64,000 nucleotides of DNA, taken from Chrysomallon squamiferum (taxonomy: Eukaryota; Animalia; Mollusca). The position numbers and the translations under genes were made by a program. The notes beneath the pieces were generated by a model that had not been told where the DNA came from, made no database searches, and was given only the letters and a program-made list of their open reading frames with translations. This document shows, one piece after another, positions 47,421-59,400 of the stretch. The DNA lies in NCBI GenBank assembly GCA_012295275.1, contig CM022665.1, forward strand, positions 40,424,001 through 40,488,000. The letters run 5' to 3'. Each line of letters opens with the position of its first letter. Position 1 is the stretch's first letter.

Positions 47421-50400
47421 CTAACATTTCCTATATCCTCTATCTGAGAGTCCATGATCGTTTTCACCATTAAATTTTAGTTTTGATGGAATGTTTTGCT
47501 GAAAATGAATAATGTTTAAATCAGTAAGCTGGAAAATAATTCGATTCTGTGATAACTACTTACAAAATATTTTTTGAATATGATTTACAAAACAAAATAT
47601 TACATCAAAATGGACAACTGAAATTCAGATTAACTTATAAACAACATGAAGATACAAATTTATTGTTATAAGTAAAAATCAAAATACTTTAAAAAGCTCT
47701 TGGATACCTTGTATTCCAAGTTCTGCCACAGTCTCCTAGATCTGTTCCTTTGAGACCCAGCATCCTGACCCTCAGTATTTAACTGAGCATCACCTTTTGA
47801 ATTTGGCATTTCCCACTTATTCTGGTTATCCACTACTAGAATCCCTTGTCTACGGGCTTGTTCATCACGCTGTTTCTCACGCTGTTTCTCACCTTCCTTC
47901 CTGATCTGTGAGTTCATCTTTGCCATCTGCTGGACAGAATAACGAAACACAGGTATACCTTCTGGCCATGCATTTGCAGTTTGATACTGCATAGCTAAAT
48001 TCTTTTCAGCAGGTGCTTTATCATTGGGTTTCAGTTGGTTAGCATTTCCAGACTTCTTCATCACGTCCTTTAACAGCAAAGGACTGCTCAGGAATGGATT
48101 AAAATGTTCCTGTCTAACTGATACTTCTGGAGGAACACTTAAGGGCCTTTGTCTGCTCAACATACTTCTAGCATCAGCATCAGTGTTGCTTGGGAAAGCA
48201 CTTTCACCAGCAGCCATGGTTTCTTGACTTTTACTGATTTTAAGCTCTGAGTTAAAGGACTTGTTGGGCAAGTTTACATATGATGGAAGAAAGAACAGTG
48301 GAAGACCAACAGGGGCAACTTTGCCTTCTGACTGACCAAGACCACCAACAGGAATATCATCTCCACTTTTTCCAAACTCCCTAACTGGAAGACCCATTTT
48401 TCCTGGACTAGTCTGAGAACTGTAATATTGCTGTTGAGAAATATCACTGTGTTTTGATTCTTTTTGAGATCTTTCTGAATTATTTACTTGACGAGTATAA
48501 TTGACATTAACCTTGCTTCCAGATGCCTCTTCACATTGTACTACTCTGGTCACATTAACTGATATCTGATCATCAGTATGTAACTGATTTGAAGATACAT
48601 GCTGAGCCTTTTTTGGTTTCTGAGTATTGGCACAGTTCGCTGAAGCCAACGGGAAAGATGGACCTTCCAGCTCCCACTGGATTTCATCATCCCACTCAGA
48701 AGAACACAGATGAGAGTACTTCTTGCTCGATTCAATGATTTTCATACAACTATCTGACAATGTTCTGTTTTCAAACTTCTCTTCAGACCCTCTGTTTCTC
48801 TTGTCACATCTCTCTTTGAATGTGAGAATTTTATTTCTTTGAGCAAATGATGGCGATGCCTGAGCAAAGGATGGTGATGTCTGAGCAAAGGATTGTGATA
48901 TCTGAGCAAAGGATGGCGATGTCTGAGCAAAGGATGGCGATGCCTGAGCAAATGATGGCGATGCCTGAGCAAAGGATGGCGATGTCTGAGCAAAGGATTG
49001 TGATGTCTGAGCAAACGATGGCGATGTCTGAGCAAAGGATGGCGATGTCTGAGCAAAGGATTGTGATATCTGAGTAAAGGATGGCAATGTCTGAGCAAAG
49101 GATGGTGATGTCTGAGCAAAGGATTGTGATATCTGAGCAAAGGATGGTAATGTTTGAGCAAATGATGGTGATATCTGAGCAAACGATGCTGTTGTTTGAG
49201 CAAACGATGGTACTGTTTGAGCAAATGATGGTGATGGTTGAGCAAACGTTGGTGTTATTCTGGCAACTGAAGGAAACTGTTTTTTCCCTCTAGGCAGCTT
49301 TTTCTTAACCCAGCCAGAAGGCCAAAAACCTTGTGGACTTGTACTAATAATAGTAACAATTAAAAAAAAAAGAGAGAGAGAGAGAGAGTAAGAAAATCTC
49401 AATTAAAAAATAGGGAAAGAAAGAGATGAATTCTTTATTATTATGAAAGACGGATCTCAAGTAACAAATGAAATTTAATCAGAAACAAAAATATATTTTT
49501 GTCATATACTTTGACAATCAGTTTATTTCCAAAATGGCATTTTCATATTAACTTAAACTAACTAAAAGACAGGTTACCATTTAAACTGCTCTTGTTTTGG
49601 TAAAGCAGCTTCTAAACTTTCCTTTTTATTCCCATCATTATCATCCAACTTATACAATCTTTTAACACAATTACAAAATAAATTATACAATGTTGTGTTA
49701 TTACAACACTTATGTTTTAAGTTTTTAAGTTGTTTTTTTTATTTATTTATTATGGTGATGTTGTTACTGTTGTGTGAGAAGTGTAATTGTTTAAGTAATT
49801 TATTATTAGAAACAAACTTAACGGAAATGTTACAATTTCATGAATGTTCTGTTTATGAACAATTTTTTTCTAACTTAAATTTCAACCACTAAAATAATGA
49901 AACACAGAAAATAATCACATAAAATAAAATTAAAATAAAACAAGTAAAACAAGAAAAGAAAAAGAGTAGAAAATGATGAATTAAATTTCACTTGCTGAAA
50001 TAAAAGATGAATAAAAGTACCACCAACATTCTGGTCATTAAATTCAAGCATGTTAGCAAATACAGAAGGAATATTAAGGAACTACATTTACATTCTGTAC
50101 TCACTTTCTTGACATCTCCTCTTTTTCTGTTGTCAGACCACTCAAATGAACAGCTGATTTCACCATAGCTTCTTCTTCTGCAGCAGAGTAGGGAATCGGC
50201 TGCTGAATTGCAGCTGTCTTGGCCCAGTGGTTATTTCCTTGACTATCTGCAGCATTGGTACTGGTAAAAAACCCTGTATAATAAATGTGTACTTATTTTT
50301 TCAAAGCTAAGAAAGTGAATCAGAGTAAATAGCTTTATACTGTATCATAATTATTTATGATTACTGTATTCAGTTTTATACAGTAACTATATTGTAATTA

Positions 50401-53400
50401 TTTATGAATATTTATTATAAATCACTGCAAGCAGTCCTAAACAGTTACTATATTATAATTATCTGTTGAGTCATTGTAAACACCTTTAAACAATATTATA
50501 ATTATTTATTATGAATTGTTGTAAACAGTCTTAAACAATATCTGTATTATATTTATTATGAACCAGTGTAAGCTGTTTTGAACAATAATTATTATATGAT
50601 TATTTATTACAAATCATTGTAAACTGTTTTAAACAATAACTACATTATAATTATTTATTATGAATCATTGTAAACTTTAAAAATATAACTATTATAATTA
50701 CTTATTATGAATAACTGTTATAATTACTCATTGTGAACTGTTTTAATACTGTGTCTGTTAAAATTATTTCTTGAAAAATAAAAATAAAAATATAAATGAT
50801 ACAGCTCACAAATATTTTTTAACAAAGTCATTACTTATCTGGTTGAACGTTGATCTGAACTAAAACCAAAAGACAAATCAGAAATTCAAACTAGTCTATT
50901 TGTATCTGTTACAAATCACTGAGACCAAAATATAGTTAATTTTCTTATTAAATATCATGACTACCCATGTAAAAAATGCAAAATATTAAAAAAACAAACA
51001 AAAAAAAAAACATTAATAGTAAAATACTGTTTAGAAGCACCAAAATATTTACTAAAATTAAATTTAAATGTAAAGACGACTGTTCTCACCACTTTTGATT
51101 GGGTTTTCAAATTCTGGCAATAATTCAGGATGCTGTGGTTCTTTCTCAGCATCTGGTGACTGTCCAGTCTGAGAACTGTTTATTAAATCTTTCAGCTGGT
51201 GCATACCATTCATTCTGCAACAGAGATTTCTTAAAGTGGACGCTGTTTCTTTGTTTTTGTTTTCTAAAATGTAGCACACTGTGGTTATTATATTAAAAAT
51301 GACTACTAAATCTATTGAAACTTTTACTTAAATGCAACAAAAAAATTTAATTTCTTGTTCTTTTATTATTTTCCTCCCTATTTTTTAAAGAAAACAAATC
51401 ATAATAATATAATATAATTAAATCTTTTCCCCATATAAACAATCCTGTCTCATGATACAAACAATCCTTCCTCCTGAAACACAATCCTAACACCTAATGT
51501 AAACAATCCTGTATCCTGATATAAATAATCCTGTCTCGTGATATAAATAATCCTGTCTCCTGGTACAAACAATCCTGTCTTTTGGTATAAACTATGCTAC
51601 TATGAAAGTGCCAGGATATGATATTCTAATTTTCAATAACAATAATTTATTATTATGTATTAACACTAACTTTTTTTCTTCTCTCATTGGCATATCTTCA
51701 GCTTTATTTCTTTGTCTGTCCATTTCTCTGTGGTTTCTTGAATGTCCCTCTCTCACTGTTGCGCAATTTAAAGCATCTCCAAGCTTAAAAGAATCATTTA
51801 TACAATATATTTAATTAACAAGAATCAGGAGTATAGTGATACTATATATATTTGTTTTTAAAAAAGCAATTGTGTATTAACATTATATATATTTATTTAA
51901 CACTAATTAATTGCATATTAATTCTATATATTTAACAATAATACAAATGGGTATTAAATCTATGGATATATATATATATATATATATCTTTAGCAATAAT
52001 CAGTTGTATATTAATTCTATGTATTTATACAACATTAATCAGATGGATATTATTTCTACATATTTTTTTTTTGACAAGAATCAGTTAATGGTACATATTT
52101 GACAAGAATTAAGTGTATCTTAATTTGACAAGAATCAGGTATTTGTTAATACTACATAGTTACTCAACAAGAATCAAAGCTACATGTATTAATACTATTT
52201 ATATATCAAAGATGCACACAGCAAGGTTACAGTTTAAGTATTATTCAACTAAAAACTATTAATTACTATTAAAAGTACCAAAACACCATATGAAGTATAA
52301 ACTTTTGAAAGCAATATTCAAAACAGATATTATAGCTGTTCTTTTAAAATCCTTTTTAGTTTGGCATTAAATAATCATTTCCATTAAAGATTTTACAAGA
52401 TATCCTTTTTTCCTCCCAAATGTTTTAAAGTTTGCTTAAATGTCTCCAAATCAATTACCTACAGTCAGTCAGTAATAATAATAATAATAATAATAATAAA
52501 GAAGAAGAAGAAAAACTTATTTTATATTAAAAGTCAACCTTTAATAAATTAAACTACATATACAGATATTTTAAATTCTGTAGTTGACTACGTTACACAC
52601 TAATTAATATGTACAAAAGCCACAGGTTCTGAAAACAACATGTTTAGAACTAACACCTGGAAAAATAAAAGCCGGAGAGTGTGGTAATATCAAAACATAA
52701 AATAAATTCCTTACTGAAATATAGAAATGGAATAGGATGGGACTAGCCAAGGTTAGATGCAGCTGAAGCAATGCTAAAAATAACTATGAAACAGGTGACT
52801 ACTGACAGTGTTATTTCAGGACCACACTGGATTACAAAAATACTATCCTCTGTGAAAAGGGTAATATATGGTATGAATTCTTAAGAACTTGTCATAGCTA
52901 CCTATTATATGTTACTCTTCCAACTTGAAAAAGCTGCAATGATTAATTCTATAAACGATAAAAATCAGTCAAAAAAACAAACAAAACAAAACAAAATTCA
53001 TATAAATACAGTCAAACTTGGGTAACTCTAGCACTGATTTCTCAAGATCCTCGATCTGTTGAACTGAAAGTCTGGTCCTGGCCAAGTGCCAATATAAGTT
53101 AGTAATAATTAATAATAATGACTTTCAAATAATCAAATATCGATATGTCAAAAATCTGGGGTTTTTTTAATTAAAAGTCATTTACAGTTTAAGTCTACTC
53201 ATTTAATATAAATTAGCCTTTAAAAACAAAACATCCAAGTACTGGAATGGTCAAGCTATTGATTACCTTGGTAAATATAGAATGGGTCATTGATTAATGA
53301 ATGAAATATGCCCACCTCTGTTGTCTGGGTATTAACAGTATCTTTAAGTAATACATAACTGCAGACAGACTTCAAAGAAACTTTGGTAATTAAGTGATAA

Positions 53401-56400
53401 AGTTCACTAATTGATGTTTATTTTTGTTTACAAACAAGTGTATCATGTCAAACATACTACTTGCTATTTAAATGTCAGTTAATGTTAAAGAGTTTGTGTG
53501 AAATTACAGACACTGTAATGAAAGACAATTTCTTCATGAAACCATGCTAACAGTCTTTCATTACTAACTTTTCTGGACTGATGATTTTTATTGATAATCA
53601 TCATATTTCTGGCAGAAATAACATTTATAAGTATTCTTGTATTAATTACTAATTTGGTTATTGTGCCTTTTTTGGCAGAATGTTTGGGATTCAAGATAGT
53701 TTTGTCATCTATGTGTATGTGATTGTAAAATAGTTGTACTGTACATCTAGTGCTATTATCACTTCAATATGGATTGATTATGTTCAGCAAAGTTTAGAAA
53801 TACAAAAGAACATGACCTTTGTATTTATTTCCAGTTACGGGTTTCAATTTAAATTTTCAGTTATGTATATACATATATATTGTCTGTTATTCCTGTTTTA
53901 TGTAACTATAAACACATTTTCATTTACATGTACATATGTGTATGTTAATGTTAAATTAATTTCATTTATTTTATTTACTTAGTTTACCAAATACAAGAGA
54001 GAATATTTCTTCAAATATTATGAAACATACACTACTCGTCCTTCCAAATCACAGTAAATTTGAATAATCAATCATTATGAGTAGTTTTTGATGACCCCTT
54101 CCAACTCACTTTACCAAAGTTTGACTGTACATCTGCATTAAAGTTCATAAAAATGTAATGGAAAATTAAATATTACCAGAATGCTACAAATGGTAAGCAA
54201 TTGTTTTAATGTCATTTCATATTAACAGACATTATAATTGATAACTCAAATAACAAGTATTTTTGCAATTATTTGTTGAGTTTTTTTGTTTTTTTAAATT
54301 TATAAATTGGTATTTATTGGAAAAAAAGACAAAACATGCAGTCAAAACAAATTATCAGATACTATCAAATTACTTCTGGCCAAAATACACATACTTTTCA
54401 TCTTATTTTCAATTACACTGGACTTTTTTAAAATTATAATAAAATGTATTTAATGTACTAAGCATCCATTTGCAACCGAGCATTTCAACTAAGTAAAACT
54501 GACTAATATTAACAAAAAATAAATAAATAACAACTGATTTGGTACTGACAGTGTAGGTACTGGCTTCTCTGTGTAACTTGTAACTCTTTGTACTTAACAT
54601 GGCATCCATTGCCCTCTTCCTTTCTTCAATAATTTGTTGTGTGTATTGCATGGGCTGAAGTGGCACCATTTCATTGTAGGACTTGAAGTGCTCCTGTACA
54701 TCAGATTTTGGGAATGATAAAGGAATCGATTTCATTTCCGTCTTCTGGGTATTAGCATGGTGTTCCATCAGATAATAAAAGAAATGGTATTTTTAGATAT
54801 TAAAGTATTCATTTGTTGAGTTCCACTGTGTATTGTGCATCAGCATGTATATTTTATGCAATCTCAATCTCTCTCAATCTCTCTCTCTCTCTCTCTCTCT
54901 CTGTATATATATATAAAATTCTTACATATATGAATGTGTGTGTCTCTCTGTGTCCATGTACAGATGTGTGTGAGTGATTTAGACATTTATTCACAGATTC
55001 AATTTTCCTTAGCCCAAAATTAGAATAAATTCAACTCAGGATTAGTGATATAAGTATGTTTCAAAGCACCAACTTTACAATAATAACCACATATAATATT
55101 AACTATAAAAATAAATTTAAAAATGAATCAAAATTATTTAATCTAAGTAATAGGATGTTTAGCATTCATCCACACATCCAACTGTCAGTAAGTATTAATT
55201 ATTATACTTAACATACATTCAAACATGCTCCTGCATCTTCCTCTAGACAACGGTTTCTGTTTCGTTTTCTCTTTGTCTTTTTTAAAAGATCTTCAAAGTG
55301 CTTGTTTCTAGCTTCTCTGCCCGTGTCTGTGACAGCTGCTTGTCCACCAACAGCAGCCACTGCAGATCCATGACCAGCAGATTTTCTGGGTTCATTAATT
55401 TTGCCACTCCCTGATTTATTATCTGTATTAGCCTCAGATTCTTTCTCTGTGGTTTCACCATTAGACTGAAAACTCAATGCTTGAGCCTTACTGAGAATGC
55501 ACTCTTTTCTCTAAAATTTGAAAGTTAAAGATGATTTTGTTTAGTGTCTGTGACAAAGACAGATAATTTCTTATTTGTTTTAAAACCCATGTATCTCTAA
55601 ACTGTATTTCGGTGAATACATTTCTTTTCTATATACTAACTATAGATAATCTTATTAAAGTAATAATTATTATATATACATAATCTTAAGATTGACGAGT
55701 CACTGTTAATAAAATGCGGAAAATATAAAGCAATGACAAATGCAAAAAAAATAGGTATTAATAATTATAATAAGAAAATAAACTGCTTTTAAATATTTAT
55801 AAAGTAAATAATCAGAGTTCTGTTTAACCATCTGTAATACCCTCTTACTGGGAAATATGCAATATTGAATGCTTAAAAATAGTTTTAAAAGTTTCAATCC
55901 AGTTAATTAGTGGCCAAGTTATACTGAGTTATGTGTTAAAAACAAAAACTTCCTAAGAAATTCAATTTGTATTATTATACTCACTCTAATAAAGTTTAAA
56001 ATATCAGTGATGATCTACATCCATTTCCAGTATGAAAACAACTCCAGAAATTACAATTTCTTAATTAATAAGGTGAAGGTTTTTTGTTAGTTTTACTGGG
56101 ATTACCTATGCACTATTCACAAGTACTATTTGAGTAGCAATGTAGCAATACTGAACATAGAAGAATGTCACTCAGTGCCCAAGTCTACTGATATAGTGAA
56201 TGTTTTAATTTCAACAATGAGCAAAAAACTGTTCATTCAGCACAGTACAAAATTTGGACAATTAGAAAATGGGTTACACAGGGACAGTTTTGCACAGTCC
56301 TCATGTGAACAAAACTGTCATCTGTGCAATTTGTTTACCCCAGAGATAGATATTTCAGTCTTCCAACCAGTTAAGTGTAAAAATAAACCATACTAAACTT

Positions 56401-59400
56401 TAATTCTGATGTACAGGGCTATATTGGTTAACAGCCTTTTCAAGAACAAGGTTTGAGCATAAAATTAGTTTATTTTTTATTTTTACATACAGAATGATTT
56501 AAAAGAGAAACAGTAAACAACATACAGCTATTTTTTTAGCCGCTCTGTTCTTTTTTTTCAATTCTCTTCTCTCCACAGCCTCTATCTTTTTTAGTTTCTC
56601 AGTCCACTCTGCTTCCCTTCTCTTTGCCTCTTCCTGCTGCTCCACAATCTCATTCCGAGTCTGTGGGCTGACACCTGCCAGGTCAGACCTGGAAAAAGAA
56701 GTGAATTAATGAATGAATGAACAAATCAACTTGGTGAATAAGCTGAATGAACTGTTTGCAGCTATGACCAAGTATTTGGGTAAAAACAATTAGTTATGAA
56801 ATATATAAGTATTTTTATGCTAAGAAGTAGACATTTTATGACTAGAATGTAATGTATGAATAATAGTAGTGTGACAGTTATAAATAAAATAATGGCAAAT
56901 AACTGTTGAGCAATTATTACGTACAGAATTTACAATTCAGTAACCAGTAATTTATAAACTGAACACAATGCCCAAATAATTATTATTAGAATTTGATGAA
57001 TAATACTAACAGTAAAGTATTTAAAAAGAATATAGTAGTAAGTAACTATAAAATAATATAAACAAACAGAAAAAAAGAAAAGAAAATAGTGGTAGTTGAT
57101 GACAATCATGTGCAGAATATAAATTATGTATAATACTAAATTAAGGTAAATAATGCTGAATAATTCACTTCTTCCGGTTCTTCTTTCCTCTGTTTCTCCT
57201 TTCTGATTTGGTTTCCCTGCGTCCTTTTACAGTTTTCTGCCAGAATAAAAATGATATAAGAAATATTTAATTAGGTAATGGCATCTTGTCATGCTTTATT
57301 ATTAAAAGTTACTAATTTAAAAAATATTCAGTTTTTGTACACAACAAATGAATCACACTGCTTTCACCTAATGGGTTTCTCTTTATCAACCAACAGCTAA
57401 GGATTATTAACAACCATCCACCCCACCACAGATAGTAAAGGAAATTAATGTGCACAATAACATGCAATTACTAACCATATACAATTCAGAGACTGAATCC
57501 ATTTTTGAAAATAATAAATAAAGCTTACCTTGAGAAACAAGAAGACTATTTTCAACTCTTTTTATTTTTTGTTTTTACAACAGAACTTAATATTTTTTTA
57601 TTTAGTTTAATATGATAAGGGGGAGAGTGGGGCACACCAGACTACACACCATATCTCTGTTACAGCTACAGCTTTTCATTTTATATCTATACTGACAAGA
57701 TATTTCATTTAAAAAAAATCACATATGAATGAGAGCAAGGATAAAAATTCTGTGTTAAATTATGAATTTTTAGGGGCCCAAAATATACACTAAAACCTTC
57801 TGGCAGAAGATATCTTTGATGCTTTTTTATCTTAAATCATACCCAATTATTAAAAATAAAAACATGTTTAATGGTGCCATGCATTTCTGCACAACAATAA
57901 ACATTATACACGCTATAGTTTTACATGTATTACTTTAATTTCAAATCAAGACTGTGTGAAATTATATACAGAAGACAACAGGGCTAGTAGGTACAATGGT
58001 GCTTTAATGGAATGTACAATGGAAGAGCTCTAAAGCAGAAAATCCCTTCAAGATGTTGCAAACTATCTGAAGATTTCAAAGACACCTTTGATACAATGCA
58101 GCTAAAGATGAAGGCCATAATTAATTAACCATAGTACACTGACACCACAATAATGTGCAGAAGCCTGGTCTGCAAGCTTTTCTCACTTCCACATTTGATG
58201 TGAAACTACTAGAATTTCTATTGGAATTTTTGTGGTCTTATATACCCACATCACAGGGCATGCTGTACCATTTGTTAACTCTTTTCAGTGAAAATCTTCA
58301 GCAAGATATATTTGTCTGACCATAACTAAATTTGGGCAAAAACAAAACAAGATGTTACTCTTTAAAATGTCATTCAGGAACCCTGAACTGTATGTAACAA
58401 CAATGGACATCTGAGAGACAGAAATTCAAAAAGTGGTCCAATATGCCCCATTCTCCCATAAAACATTAAAAAAATATATATTTTATAAAAATACATTTTT
58501 TTTTTTTTTTAAAGCATACCCGAGGATATTGATTATCAGCCATTTCTAAGGTTTCTTCAGACTGTGATTTGGCATCTGCACAAACAAAAGAAAAACATTT
58601 TAGTTTTAGTTTTCAAAATCCAGAAAAGATAAACACACATAATGATTTCCAATATAATTATTTATGGAGTAATATAAAAATATACAGTACGTAAAGGTAG
58701 TGACTGTTCTTATTTACCATTCTATAAAACATCTACATCTCTGCCAATTTATATATTCTCCCTCTCATACACAAGAATTTATTCCACAATTTCTAATGTA
58801 TATCACTTTATTCTCTGCAGCCTGAAAATATATATTATGATACAGAACAGCATATTGTACAAATAAAGATGTGAAAAGGATTTCATGAGCTAGGCAAGAA
58901 ATAGCTGGCTGTTTTAACTCTGGCTGATGAACATTGTTCTATATCAGCTATAACATAGATTGTTATTTTCTATGTAATGGTTAATTCAGTCTCATTGCTT
59001 TTTATTTGAAATATATCTGTGATGTCATATACAAACATCTAATTATGATTTGTATTCAAAAGACTTCCAAAACACTTCTTGTATCCAAATTGTACTGGTA
59101 ATATAATGCAAAAAGTATGGCAAATAAATAACAAACAGTGGATATTTTCTTGCTTCCATCACGACATGTTACAGGTATGTACAAAGAAAAAACTAATAAT
59201 AATAAATAAATAAATAAATATAAAAAATACTGAATGTCTTTCATTTTTATTATGTACCTTGACTTAGGAGTGCACGAGTTTTCCCCGAGTGACGCTGCTG
59301 CTAGTTGGCACAACAAACAACACAGCATCTGCTCTGCATCCCGCATATTACTTGTTTACTTCACATGGTTACCTCACCATGGAAGCATCTCGGTTGTGTT

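Noticed and set aside
48742-49293. His-rich LLRHHHP and MAMSEQR ORFs, or a CRISPR-like array
   Set aside because: These are alternative frames of the 21-bp repeat. Only the SPSFAQ frame continues through the 1.6-kb exon. Units are contiguous with no spacers, and the DNA is eukaryotic.
53569-54132. Two phase-compatible microexons (54132-54110 and 53608-53569)
   Set aside because: The first coincides with a transposon TIR, and the flanking exons already join in phase 0 without them.
58718-58821. Exon-like segment with AG/GT ends in intron 1 of the heptad gene
   Set aside because: Stops in all three frames from the acceptor; no support beyond the splice-like ends.
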